Source: Desulfobacterales bacterium (GTDB lineage: Bacteria > Desulfobacterota > Desulfobacteria > Desulfobacterales > UBA5852). Taken from it: a stretch of 64,000 nt of DNA. Where the stretch lies: positions 1,760,001 to 1,824,000 of the forward strand of contig CAXXVS010000002.1 of the NCBI GenBank assembly GCA_963674755.2, in the 5' to 3' direction. This document shows, piece after piece, positions 10,271-20,574 of the stretch. The position numbers were made by a program, and so were the translations under genes. How positions within the stretch are numbered: the stretch's first letter is position 1; each line of letters opens with the position of its first letter. The notes beneath the pieces were generated by a model. That model had not been told where the DNA came from. It did not search any database and saw nothing but the letters and a program-made list of their open reading frames with translations.

Positions 10271-11935
10271 TTATTTGGTTGACTCTCTCTCCCGCAATTC
10301 CCGTCGTAAAAATTTCCCGATAGCGGTTTTAGGCAATTCATCTATGAATTCAATGCGCTTGGGGACTTTGTAGACCGCAAGCTTTGTACGGCAATATTCG
10401 ATCAATTCGTCCTCGCTTATGGTTTCGCCTTGCTTGCAAACCACAAAAGCCTTTACCGTCTCACCGCGATATTCATCGGGCACGCCAATGGTGCAAGCCT
10501 CCAGAACTATGGGATGTTCAAATAGAATGTCATCGATTTCATTGGGATAAATATTGAATCCACTTGCAATGATCATATCTTTTTTGCGATCGATTAAGGT
10601 TAAAAAGCCGTCTTCGTCGACATAGCCAATATCACCGGTATATAGCCAACCGTCTTTAAGGACGGCAGCCGTTTCTTCGGGCCGGTTGTAATAGCCTTGC
10701 ATGACCTGAGGCCCCTTAAAAGCAACTTCCCCGGGTTCACCTACAGGCATTTCGGTGGTGCCATCCTCAAGGTTCACAATTCGCATGTCCGTGCCCGGCA
10801 GCGGCACGCCGACCGTACCGGTCCTATTTAAGGCCGTCGATGGTGTCGCCGTGGCCATCGGTGAAGTTTCCGTGAGCCCGTAAATGTTGGTGATCCCCTT
10901 GCCCGTCAAGGCCTTCAGATCCTTGATCGTTTCCTTGGCCAGTGGTGCGGCACCTGCCACGAAAAGTTTGATTTTGCTGTGGTCCATCTGCCTGAATGCC
11001 GGCGTGTTAAGCAAGCCGGTATAAATCGTTGGGACGCCGGGAACGAACTCCGGCTTGGCCTTTTTCATGATGTCGATAATTACCTTGGGTTCCGGTCTCG
11101 GAACAAGGACATCGGTAAATCCACAAAAGGCACACATGTTTTGTATGCCCGTAAAGCCCGCCGAATGGAAAAAGGGGAACACCGCGAGTATGCTGCTTCT
11201 ACCTTCTTCTAATTGGGAAAACCACATTTTAGACTGCTGGACATTTACCGACAGGTTGGCGTGGGTCAACATGACACCCTTGCTGACACCGGTCGTTCCT
11301 CCAGTGTATAGCAGCGCTGCAAGACTTTCCCAATGGGCTTTGTCTTCTGTTTCCTCCCCACGTGCATCTTTGATAATATCGACAAATTGATAAAGATGGT
11401 CTCTGGGCGTTATCGCACGGTACATGTCTTTCTTTACCAGAGGAACAAGCAAATTTTTAGGAAACGGCAGGTAGTCGTTGATATGGCAGACAATCACCTC
11501 ACGGATGGATGTTTGCGGCACAACCTTATCCAAACGTGGCAAGAGAAGGTCCAGCGCAATCAGAACAGTTGCCGACGAGTCGTTTAATTGATGGCGTAGT
11601 TCTCTTTCCGTATAAAGAGGATTGGCCGGAGACGTCACCGCGCCAAGGCGCCATATCGCAAAATTAGCGATCACGACTTGCGGGATATTAGGGAGTAGCA
11701 ACGCAACCCTATCACCTGGAACAACACCAAGGCTTTTCAGACCCAGGGCGAATCGCCCGACAAGCCGATTCAGGTCCTGATAGGCTATCCTTTTCCCAAA
11801 AAATTCAAGCGCTGTGGACTTTGAAAAGTCAGCAGCGGTTTGCTTGAGGGCTTGCGATAGGGTTATTTTTTCAAACTCAGGCCAGAAAGCCACACCTTCG
11901 GGGTAATGATCATGCCATGGCCGCTTCGGTTCCAT
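10271..11935 (-). CDS. fadD: Long-chain fatty acid-CoA ligase
   Basis: YTGGTTGVSKG, YGLTETSP, LYTGDIG, DRKKDMII, PKTAIGK; AAGGAGG RBS. Confidence 0.9.
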   Translation of the reverse strand: MEPKRPWHDHYPEGVAFWPEFEKITLSQALKQTAADFSKSTALEFFGKRIAYQDLNRLVGRFALGLKSLGVVPGDRVALLLPNIPQVVIANFAIWRLGAVTSPANPLYTERELRHQLNDSSATVLIALDLLLPRLDKVVPQTSIREVIVCHINDYLPFPKNLLVPLVKKDMYRAITPRDHLYQFVDIIKDARGEETEDKAHWESLAALLYTGGTTGVSKGVMLTHANLSVNVQQSKMWFSQLEEGRSSILAVFPFFHSAGFTGIQNMCAFCGFTDVLVPRPEPKVIIDIMKKAKPEFVPGVPTIYTGLLNTPAFRQMDHSKIKLFVAGAAPLAKETIKDLKALTGKGITNIYGLTETSPMATATPSTALNRTGTVGVPLPGTDMRIVNLEDGTTEMPVGEPGEVAFKGPQVMQGYYNRPEETAAVLKDGWLYTGDIGYVDEDGFLTLIDRKKDMIIASGFNIYPNEIDDILFEHPIVLEACTIGVPDEYRGETVKAFVVCKQGETISEDELIEYCRTKLAVYKVPKRIEFIDELPKTAIGKFLRRELRERESTK

Positions 11936-12636
11936 AGGTCCCTCCTTCGCTAACGGTTCATAGGAAATAAATAGAATGAATTCGGCCATTGAAAGCACAT
12001 CAAGAAGACGGTAAGTAATTCCGCATCGAAAAAATTAGCCGTTTCTCTGTGGCGAGCTGCTATTTAGTCCATTATTTTTACAATCCCATTCCTCACCTCC
12101 ATTTATTGAAAGTTTGACGGCAATTCATCCATTTTGAAAAATTAATGCAAGTATCCTGGATAAACTGAGAATCAATGAAGGATAGAAAGAGGCGAAATGG
12201 ACTTAGTGTGTGGAGGGCAGATTGGAGGAGTTTCGGTCATCGTCGGAAAAGAGGAGCAAGAACCGAGAGCTACGGTAGGGTTCTGAACACTATCTCCAAA
12301 TAATAAAGGTCATCTATATTTGTCAAGATATTCCTGGAGTTAGGTTGGTAGCTCCAAAAAAGTCTAAGTTGTGATTAACTGATATTAATGAGAAAATCAC
12401 AAGTGGCGATTTGTCGATGATTTTCCAGATTACGTGCCACCATACGTAACACTTAAAAATTCTGTGACACGTCAATACATTGTGGTTCCAATGAGGGCCC
12501 GCAGGGTAGTTGGTAGCTTGGAAAAACGGGTTGGCGGGTTGACCTAAAAGGTCACTTACAATCTGCTGGCACCCGATCTTTTCTGATCCGACCGGAAAGG
12601 AAGAAGAAATATCCTTCCCGGCCGGTGCTTTGCTTT

Positions 12637-14520
12637 TTAGGAGACGCTCCTCGCCTCCAACCCCAACGCCTTGCGCTTCTTCTCGATATGCTTCCGCAGA
12701 AACACGGCCGCCTTTTCCGGATCCGGCTCTACCGCGAAGGTGGCCCCCACGACCCCCTCCAGCCCCTCGGTGAGCAGCTTCACCACGTTCATGCTGCCCG
12801 TGATGGGCGGCATGGGGCCCAGGTGGGTGGTGATGCCCGAGGCCACACAGTAGACGCCGATGGTAACCGCCTTTTCCGAATACCATTCCGGGGCCGAACC
12901 GGCCACGGGCAGATCACTGATATCGACCCCCAGGGCATTGGCCAGGGCCGAGACCAGCACCAGAATGCGCACGTTGTCCACGCAGCTGCCCAGGTGCAGG
13001 ACCGGTGGGATCCCCAGGGAACCGCACACTTCCTTGAGCCCCGGACCGGCCATCTCGATGGCTCCGGGGACCTTGAAGCCGGCCTTGGCGTTGGCCACGG
13101 ACACGCAGCCGGTGTCCACCACCAGGATATCGTTTTCGATGAGGCGTTTGGTGAGGGTGACATGGCCGTAGTCGTGCTTGATCTTGGGGTTGTTGCACCC
13201 CACGATGCCCACGGCGCCACGGATCTTGCCGGCCTTGATGGCTTCGATCAACGGCTGCGGGGTGCCCCCCAAAGCCCCTACGATAGTTTCGATGGAAAAG
13301 CCCCCCACCGCCGCCTGGGGTTCCACCGGGATGTAGACCGATTTACGATTGGGGAAATTCGCGATGGCCGTCTTGACCAGGTCGAAGGCCTTTTCCTTGG
13401 CATTGTCGGGATGGAACTCATGGTGCTCCATCCCCGGAAAACGCGCCTTGTCGCTGGTGCTGATCATCCTGGTGTGGTAGCTCTCGGCCACCTTGCCGAG
13501 AGAAGGCATGATGCACTGGTAGTCCACGATCATCATGTCCACGGCGCCGGTGGACAGGATCAGCTCGGTCATGAGATGGTTGCCCGCCATGGCGATGCCC
13601 CGCCGCATGAGCAGCTCGTTGCCGGTGCAGCAGACCCCAGCCAGATTGATTCCGGCGGCCCCCTTGGCTTTGGCCAGATCGAGCATCTCCGGAGAAATGC
13701 AGGCCAGGGAGATCATCTCCGAGACCACCGGGTTATGGCCGTGCACCACGATGTTGACCTGGTCCTTTTTCAAGACCCCGGCGTTGACCATGGTGGGTTT
13801 GGGGGCCGGCACCCCGAAGAGGATGTCCGACACCTCGGTGGCGATCATGGATCCGCCCCAGCCGTCGGACAGGGCGTTGCGCAGGGCCTGCACCAGCAGG
13901 CTCTGCCAGCCGTTGTCCACGCCCATGTGGGTGCGGTGCATCATCTCCGAGGTTTCGCGGTCGATGCCCCGGGGCATGATGCCCACCTTCTCCCACAGGG
14001 CCTGGCGTTGGGCCGGCGCCCGGCTGGCCAGGGTGATCTTCTTCCGGCGCATGCCGTAGTCTTCCATCATGGCCTGGGCCAGGTCGCCGGCAATGGCCAA
14101 TATGTCGCGCTCGGCCACAGCCACGCCGTATTCTTCGGCCAGTCGTTTCAGTTTGGCTTCATCGCGGATCTTGTAGCCGGGCGCCTTGCCGGCCGCCACG
14201 TTCTCCAGCACCTCCACCAGGTCCCGGCCGTGGTCGGAATGGGAGGCCGCCCCGGCCGCCACCATGCGGCACAGGTTGCGCGCCACGATAATATCCGCAT
14301 CGGCGCCGCAGACCCCGGTCTGGGGGCCTTCACCGAAGGGGTCCACCCGGCAGGGGCCCATATTGCAGACCCGGCAGCTCAGCCCCATGTCGCAGAACCC
14401 GCATTGGGGCTGCTGGGCCGCGTGCCGGTCCCATACGGTTTCGATATGATCCTTCTGGGCCTTCTCCAATAGCAGCAGGCCATCTTCGGTGACGGATACC
14501 TTTCCCTTGGGATCAGACAT
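12637..14520 (-). CDS. cooS: Anaerobic Ni-Fe carbon monoxide dehydrogenase catalytic subunit
   Basis: C-cluster ligands in HGHNP, VCCTGNE, DYQC, VGCNN, TGC, GSCVDN; SEKA; N-terminal CGFC...SCRVCNMGPC. Confidence 0.97.
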   Translation of the reverse strand: MSDPKGKVSVTEDGLLLLEKAQKDHIETVWDRHAAQQPQCGFCDMGLSCRVCNMGPCRVDPFGEGPQTGVCGADADIIVARNLCRMVAAGAASHSDHGRDLVEVLENVAAGKAPGYKIRDEAKLKRLAEEYGVAVAERDILAIAGDLAQAMMEDYGMRRKKITLASRAPAQRQALWEKVGIMPRGIDRETSEMMHRTHMGVDNGWQSLLVQALRNALSDGWGGSMIATEVSDILFGVPAPKPTMVNAGVLKKDQVNIVVHGHNPVVSEMISLACISPEMLDLAKAKGAAGINLAGVCCTGNELLMRRGIAMAGNHLMTELILSTGAVDMMIVDYQCIMPSLGKVAESYHTRMISTSDKARFPGMEHHEFHPDNAKEKAFDLVKTAIANFPNRKSVYIPVEPQAAVGGFSIETIVGALGGTPQPLIEAIKAGKIRGAVGIVGCNNPKIKHDYGHVTLTKRLIENDILVVDTGCVSVANAKAGFKVPGAIEMAGPGLKEVCGSLGIPPVLHLGSCVDNVRILVLVSALANALGVDISDLPVAGSAPEWYSEKAVTIGVYCVASGITTHLGPMPPITGSMNVVKLLTEGLEGVVGATFAVEPDPEKAAVFLRKHIEKKRKALGLEARSVS

Positions 14521-14604
14521 CATAACCTCCTCTTTGTTGAACATCCGCTTCCCTTCGTTGGAAGCCGTTGTGGAAAATTTTGTCGAGGGTCATCGTGATG
14601 GCCG

Positions 14605-15204
14605 CTATTCGGTGCCCACCGCCAGCTGCGATTGCTTGGCCGCCCGGATCAAGGCCACCCCATCCGGCAGCGTGGCCTCGCCGGCGCCCGCCGACATGCA
14701 CCGGGCCACTTGGCGGGTTTTGGCTTTCATCACCTCGGAAATCTCTTCATAGACCAGGGCCCCTGTTTTACACACCTCCACGCAGGCCGGCACCAGCCCC
14801 TGGGATACCCGGGAGCCGCAGTTGTCGCATTTCACCGCCACCGTCTGGCCCGGCGGGGCAAAGGGGTCTTCGTGGAACCGGATCACCCCGTAGGGGCAGG
14901 CCATGGCACAGGAGGCGCAGTTGATGCAGCGCTCCGGGTTGATGAGCACGGTGGCCGTCGCCGCATCCCTTGAAATCGCGCCGGTCAGGCAAGCCAGCTG
15001 GCAGGGGGCCGGGTCACAGTGGCGGCAGCGGTTGGGAAACCCCTCGTTGAATCGCCCGGCTCCCACGTGTACCCGCGCGCCGGGCCGGGGCGTCTCCTGC
15101 ACGGCCGTGAACAGTTGCAGCGTCTTGGAATGGGCGGTGGCGCAGGCCAACATGCACTGCATGCAGCCCACGCATTTCTCAGGATTGACAACAACTTGTT
15201 TCAT
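14605..15204 (-). CDS. cooF: 4Fe-4S ferredoxin-like electron transfer subunit
   Basis: CVGCMQCMLAC, CRHCDPAPC, CINCASCAMACP, KCDNC...PACVEVC. Confidence 0.93.
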   Translation of the reverse strand: MKQVVVNPEKCVGCMQCMLACATAHSKTLQLFTAVQETPRPGARVHVGAGRFNEGFPNRCRHCDPAPCQLACLTGAISRDAATATVLINPERCINCASCAMACPYGVIRFHEDPFAPPGQTVAVKCDNCGSRVSQGLVPACVEVCKTGALVYEEISEVMKAKTRQVARCMSAGAGEATLPDGVALIRAAKQSQLAVGTE

Positions 15205-15285
15205 AGCGCCTCCTTTACGTCTGCCCAGCGAATAGCGTTGTTGGATTGACTTTCGGGGAGTTGGGCTTCTCGCTTCCAGTCGGTC

Positions 15286-16515
15286 TCAGTGTAGCAGTTT
15301 GCTGAAATTGAACCCCGTCGCCATCAGGACACCGTCGGGCACCCGGATGGGCACACGGTTTTCAATCAGGGCACGCAGCACGCCGCCCTGCTCGATGCGG
15401 TTGATCAGCACGGCTCCCACCAGAATGTCCCCGCGAAATACCAGGCGACGGTAGTAGCCTTGGTCTTTGCCGCCGGACTGCACTGTGCGTAGGCCCTCCC
15501 CCGTGTCAGGATTGGCATAGCCCAAGGTCATCACGTCCAGGCCATAGACCCGCATCACGTTGCGGCTCAGGCTGCCCGGATAGCGGACCCGGCGGCCGGC
15601 CATGTTCTGTCCGGCAATCCGCCCCTGGACGGCCGCTTCCGGCCAGATGGCATTGACCCAGCGCTTCTGCCGGGCGATATCCACCGCCTCGGCGGTATCC
15701 CCGGCGGCGTAAATCCCGGGTGCGCTCGACTGGAGACAATCGTCCACCACAATGCCCAGATCCACTGCCACGCGCTCCCTGGGCACGAAGTCCAGGGAGG
15801 GCAGAACGCCTTTGCCGATCACCACCAGATCGCAGGTCAGCCGCTCGCCGTTGTCCAACACGGCATGGGTCACACGGCCGTTGCCTTCGAACCCGGCGGC
15901 GCTCACCCCCACCCGGACGGACAGGCCGTTGGCTTCCAGCTCTTCCTGGATGATGCGCCCGGCGGTGGCATCCACCTGCATGGCAAGGGGGTAGCCCGAG
16001 GTGATCAGCATGGTCACCGGCAAGCCCTGTTTGAGCAAACCGTAGGCGGCTTTGAACCCCACCAGGCCGCCGCCCAGGACCAGGGCCTGCCGGACGCCGC
16101 CGACGGCCGCCAACTGGCGGCGCACATCGCTTTCCGTGCGCATATAGAAGATATTGTCCAGCGCGCTGCCCGGCGCCTTCAAGCGGCGCGCATCCGCTCC
16201 CGAAGCGATCAAGAGGCGGTCATAGTCCAGTTGGCGGCCGTCGGCCAGCCGGACCGCGCGGGCATCCACGTCCAGGGCGACGGCGCGTGCCCCCAGGACC
16301 GGCGTCACCTGCAGCGTCTGGTAGATGTCTTCGCCATACAGGGGCAGTTTGGCATGGGGTTGGGATCCGTCCAGGACCTGGCAGATCATGGGGCGGCTGT
16401 AAGGCGGAAAGCGTTCGTCGCTCACCATGGCGATCTCGGCCGTACCGTCCAGCTCACGAATGGCCCGGGCCGCGTTGAGGCCTGCAATGCCGTTGCCGAT
16501 AATCAGGTGTTTCAT
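15286..16515 (-). CDS. FAD-dependent NAD(P)H oxidoreductase (CODH-associated FNOR)
   Basis: IIGNGIAG, ASGA, LGGGLVG, IYAAGD; first gene of the cooF-cooS operon. Confidence 0.92.
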   Translation of the reverse strand: MKHLIIGNGIAGLNAARAIRELDGTAEIAMVSDERFPPYSRPMICQVLDGSQPHAKLPLYGEDIYQTLQVTPVLGARAVALDVDARAVRLADGRQLDYDRLLIASGADARRLKAPGSALDNIFYMRTESDVRRQLAAVGGVRQALVLGGGLVGFKAAYGLLKQGLPVTMLITSGYPLAMQVDATAGRIIQEELEANGLSVRVGVSAAGFEGNGRVTHAVLDNGERLTCDLVVIGKGVLPSLDFVPRERVAVDLGIVVDDCLQSSAPGIYAAGDTAEAVDIARQKRWVNAIWPEAAVQGRIAGQNMAGRRVRYPGSLSRNVMRVYGLDVMTLGYANPDTGEGLRTVQSGGKDQGYYRRLVFRGDILVGAVLINRIEQGGVLRALIENRVPIRVPDGVLMATGFNFSKLLH

Positions 16516-16999
16516 GCCACCTCCCTTTGGTTACGGCAGGACGCATTAGGGTATTGGCACGCATCCCATCGGCGCGCGCCGCGCGTCATGCGACCGCACG
16601 AACAGAATTCGCAGAAGAATACGAACATCAACGGCAGGCCATCGCAACGGGCCGCGCGGCAGATGGTATCCACTGGCAACACGCATACGCCGGGAAGCCC
16701 TCCGGATGCGGTATGACAGACAATTCAGCGTGAGGCAGATGATGTGCTGGAAGAGAGGAGCAATACCGCTTTCCGATGTCGTATTTCGTGTAAACACCTA
16801 TGTGCCACGGAGGGAGGCCGGCGGCCGGGTGGATCTCAATGGATGGGCCGTCATCGACGCCTCGCCCCCGTCGGGTCGACAGGCAAATGAACGCTTCAGG
16901 CAACGCTCCCGTCGAAGCGGGAAGTAAATCAAGGTTCCAGGATGGATTCAGACGTATTTTACGCTTTTGGCAGCCCGTGTCAATCGGCGATCATACCGA

Positions 17000-17311
17000 T
17001 CAACGGAACTTGGCCTTCCAGGCTTTCATCTTCTCGGGAGGCCAGGCCACGCAAAAAGCCGGGCGCCCCTTCATGACCATGTGCATGCAGGCCTCCCCGC
17101 ATTTCGGATCACAGGCAATGACCGCGTCCTCCCGCCCCTCCCTGATCTTGCGCGGCCATTCCGGGTCCGCCCACAGCCCCCGGGCCAGGCCGATCAGGTC
17201 GGCTTGCCCCGCGGTCAGCGCCCTTTCGGCCACCGGGGCATGCCCCAGCCGTCCGGCGGCGATCACCGGCACATCCACCACTTGCATTTCGGAAAAGAGA
17301 TGCGGATACAT
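17000..17311 (-). pseudogene. Old Yellow Enzyme-family flavin oxidoreductase with large in-frame internal deletion
   Basis: Typical N-terminus MYPHLFSEMQ is fused directly to the C-terminal VPVIAAGRL...ADLIGLARGLWADPEWP-K and Cys tail; strong RBS is retained. Confidence 0.75.
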
Positions 17312-17590
17312 GGATGCGACCTCCTTATGGAAGGTGATTTTCGATGCCGATACGCTAACTTCCGGACCGGGCCACATAGTAGAGGATCGTGATATAGTGG
17401 CACAGGCGGTCCGCCATTACGAAAAGGTGCCCGGATACCGTGGAAATATCTCAAACGCTTGTCCAGGGCGTAGACAATGATGCCGGTGGTGTAAAACAAC
17501 CGCCAGCCCATCAGGCGGTAGATTCAGATGACTGACGCTGTTGAACCGTTCTCCGTAATACACGTCGATCATTCCCCCCGGCCCCACGCG

Positions 17591-17842
17591 TCACAAGCGG
17601 TAGATCTTCTCCACCCACGCTTTGAACCAGCGCGGTTTCTGGAACAGAACCATGATCAGTCCCATGGCGGTGATCGGAATCGGGAGAACCGCATCGAGTA
17701 CGGCCAGCACGGCCAGATAAATCAGAATCTGCGTCTTGGGCGACAATGTATGGCCTCCTTGGGGCAGCCTGTGTTCAATCGTCTTCCGGTTTTGCGGTCT
17801 CTGCTCCAAACCCTGGGCGCCGCTGAAATCGTCCTGCATCAA
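17591..17842 (-). CDS. Small membrane protein
   Basis: Hydrophobic hairpin LAVLDAVLPIPI...KPRWFK; ATGA overlap with tatD. Confidence 0.7.
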   Translation of the reverse strand: MMQDDFSGAQGLEQRPQNRKTIEHRLPQGGHTLSPKTQILIYLAVLAVLDAVLPIPITAMGLIMVLFQKPRWFKAWVEKIYRL

Positions 17843-18627
17843 AACCTGTAAAGCCGCCGGGTATTGGCCACCACCGCTTCAATCACCGCTTCTTCCGGCA
17901 AGTCTTTGAGTTCCGCAATCGCCCGAACCGCGATGCCCAGATGGGCCGGCTCGTTGCGCATATCGGGCGCCGGTCCCAGCACCGGGCTGTCGGTTTCCAC
18001 CAGCAGACGATTCAGCGGCAAATGGCGCACAAGCTTCTGCTTCTGGCGGGAACGGACAATCGACGGCGGGATCGAAAAAAAATACCCGGCTTCCAGAGCG
18101 GGGCGGGCCGCCGTGATCTTGCCGTCGAAGGCGTGCAGTTGCACGCGTTTGGCACCGCGACGGATCAGCAGATCCACGGCGTGGCGGCCGGCCGAGCGTG
18201 AGTGCACGTTCAGGGGCAAATCGAGTTCCCGGGCCAGATCGACGAAGCGGGCAAAGATCGCTTTTTGCACTTCCCGCCCGTCCTCCGTCTTCACCATCCA
18301 GAAATCCAACCCCACCTCTCCGATAGCGGCCATCACATTCCGATGGGTCCGGATAAATGCCATCATTTGATCGGCGGCCGTCATGTCCAAGTGGGTCGGA
18401 TAGAGTCCGGCCGCCAGTTTCAGCATGGGGAATTGACGGACCAGGGCCAGGTTTTTTTCGGCATCAGCCAGGTCCTCGCCCACGGCAATAATGGTACGGA
18501 CCCCGGCGGCAACGGCCCGTTCCAGGACGGCCGCCCGGTCGGCATCGAACCCGGCGTCGCAAATATGGCAGTGGGTGTCCGTCAGAACGGTGCGGGTTAA
18601 ATTGACGGAGGGTGTCAGCAGGGGCAT
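17839..18627 (-). CDS. tatD: TatD family DNase
   Basis: DTHCH, IGEVGLD, VHSR, LHAF, LVETDSP, RNEP. Confidence 0.92.
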   Translation of the reverse strand: MPLLTPSVNLTRTVLTDTHCHICDAGFDADRAAVLERAVAAGVRTIIAVGEDLADAEKNLALVRQFPMLKLAAGLYPTHLDMTAADQMMAFIRTHRNVMAAIGEVGLDFWMVKTEDGREVQKAIFARFVDLARELDLPLNVHSRSAGRHAVDLLIRRGAKRVQLHAFDGKITAARPALEAGYFFSIPPSIVRSRQKQKLVRHLPLNRLLVETDSPVLGPAPDMRNEPAHLGIAVRAIAELKDLPEEAVIEAVVANTRRLYRF

Positions 18628-19005
18628 GGTGAAGTTACCTTTAAACCGATTGACAGGGAGCATCGTCGTTGGTCGGAGCCGCCGCCACTTCTATCATGAG
18701 CTGGCGCTGGCGACGTCTGCGGTCCGCGCTTCATCCCTGGAGCATCCCATCGCGGGTGGGCCGGCAAGCAGGTCTGCCAGCACTCTGTATCCCATAAGAC
18801 AATCCAGCCCCTATGACAACACCCAACCCGGCGGACCGCGTGTTCCCCACTTGACAAAAGCCTTCCCATGACTAGGCTAATGACATGGCCGCCCGGTCGA
18901 ATCCGACCACAGCCGGGCGATCCACAGGTAGTGTAATGCATATCTACCTTTCCTCCAAAAGGCGAGGCCCACAGGCCTCGCCTTTCTTTGGCCCCCTCCC
19001 CTCGC

Positions 19006-19218
19006 TCAATGGACGCCCTTGGGAGCAGAATGGAATGACAGACGCCTTTCGATAAGTTCCGCTTCCATTTGCTTCTCCTGTTGCTCATCGCTAAAAAGCG
19101 ATTCCATTTCCCTGCGGGCTGCGGCTTGGCAGGTCGGGCAAACGCCGTGGGTGACCCGGGGGTCTGCCGGATCCCCCGGGTCCATCACCTCTCCGCACCA
19201 GGCACAAACCTGTTTCAT
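19006..19218 (-). CDS. Small Zn-binding phage-like protein
   Basis: CAWC...THGVCPTC; ATGA overlap with the upstream gene. Confidence 0.7.
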   Translation of the reverse strand: MKQVCAWCGEVMDPGDPADPRVTHGVCPTCQAAARREMESLFSDEQQEKQMEAELIERRLSFHSAPKGVH

Positions 19219-19739
19219 TTGACTTTCCCGTTGCGCAGCTCGCGCTTTAACCGGTTCAACTCCCAGACGGCCGATTCCATCTTTCCCAGCATGAGGGTCC
19301 GCTTGTCCTCCTGGCTAATCACCTCGCCGCCCTCGGCCTCGGCCAGACAGCGGCAGGGTTCCAGGGATCCGTTAATGTGGTGGATGGCGAACAGCATGGC
19401 CCCGGGGATGGGGTATTCGGCGGGTTTCGACAGGTAGTGGTTCAGCATATGGATGGACAGGCTCTTACCCTCGCCATCCGGATCCCACCCGAAATAGGTG
19501 TTGACCGCCTTGACCAGCTCCAGGCGGCCCTGGCCCCATTGGCGGAGCGCTTTCTTGAGCGCCACCGCCAGTTCGATGCAGGCCTCCTCGTAGCTTTCCA
19601 TGGGCTTGGGCTCGGCGCCCTTTGCGCCTGCGGCCTCCAGGAGCTCGGTCTTGTCCGCGAGATGCGATTCGACCCGCTGTGACCAGTCGAAGTCGAGCTG
19701 GCGCTGGCGGGTGTCTATCTTGCTGGATCTCTTAGACAT
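19215..19739 (-). CDS. Phage early regulatory protein (CII-like, hypothetical)
   Basis: QLDF N-terminus, SIHMLNHYLSKP, C-terminal coiled coil; lies downstream of the Ner-like gene. Confidence 0.7.
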   Translation of the reverse strand: MSKRSSKIDTRQRQLDFDWSQRVESHLADKTELLEAAGAKGAEPKPMESYEEACIELAVALKKALRQWGQGRLELVKAVNTYFGWDPDGEGKSLSIHMLNHYLSKPAEYPIPGAMLFAIHHINGSLEPCRCLAEAEGGEVISQEDKRTLMLGKMESAVWELNRLKRELRNGKVK

Positions 19740-19770
19740 TGACGGCACGTAAGTCCTCTGATAAAGGTTA

Positions 19771-20018
19771 TTAGCTGGCCGCTTTTTGGCCGATTGCCTT
19801 GCTGGTGCTGCGCAGCTTGGGGCCCAGGTAGTAGTCCGGAAACACTTTGGTTTTGGGCTTGCCGATGGCCTGTGCCACCGCGCGCATGATGCGGTCGGAC
19901 ACGCTCAACCGGTGGATCACCCGCGACACGCTCATCTCCGAAACATCCAATTTTCCGGCGATATCCTTCTGGGTGCTCTTTTTTTCCGAAGCGCGGCCTG
20001 GATTTCCTGGGGAGTCAT
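19771..20018 (-). pseudogene. Ner/Cro-like HTH regulator, frameshifted in an A7 run
   Basis: MTPQEIQAALRKK then -1 frame KSTQKDIAGKLDVSEMSVSRVIH...IMRAVAQAIGKPKTKVFPDYY; T7 at 19979-19985. Confidence 0.8.
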
Positions 20019-20123
20019 TGCCCTTGCCTTTCTGCTTTAGATCGACTGTGGTCTATTCAAATGTCACGTTTAGATAATGATCTATACACGTATATGTAAC
20101 TAGCAAACGATAAAATGCCACAT

Positions 20124-20540
20124 ATGTATAATTTAATCGATCGATTGAAATAGCTCATCTCTGAGTATTCGGGCGGGAAATACACGGTATTCGCTAAAAA
20201 TGCGGGCATACCCCACAGCACTTTGCAGAATTATATGAATGGCAGGACACCCCACGTCGATCATTTATTACGCCTACATGCCATTTATGGGGTTAATATC
20301 AATTGGCTTTTGACCGGAGAGGGCACTGCTTCTTTAAAAGAAGGAGAGGGAGCGGCCGTCGATATGGGCCTCCTGGGCGATACGATAAGCGCCGTGGAGG
20401 ACTGGCTGGAGAGCCACAAGCGCCGCCTGCCGCCCGAGAAGAAAGCCGAGGTAATTCTGTATTTGTACGAGGAGTATCTGGATAAAGAGGAAAAGCCGGA
20501 AACCGCAACAGTGGAGAGGCTGTTGAAGCTCGTGGCGTGA
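20124..20540 (+). pseudogene. CI-like XRE repressor with premature TAG (20151-20153)
   Basis: MYNLIDRLK*LISEYSGGKYTVFAKNAGIPHSTLQNYMNGRTP...GVNINWLLTGEG, a continuous XRE HTH across the stop. Confidence 0.8.
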
Positions 20541-20574
20541 TCGCGCATCGCGCTGCCCTTGCAAAGGGGGCCCC

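Noticed and set aside
12500..12560. IS end remnant (tgtaagtgacc on the minus strand)
   Set aside because: No matching second end or transposase
16520..16990. CooA site or sigma54 promoter for the CODH operon
   Set aside because: No TGTCA-N6-CGACA match; the TGGCAC near 16802-16807 lacks the -12 TTGC
20151..20153. Pyrrolysine or amber readthrough in the repressor
   Set aside because: No pyl genes in the window, the position is non-catalytic, and neighbouring genes are also decayed, so a nonsense mutation is simpler
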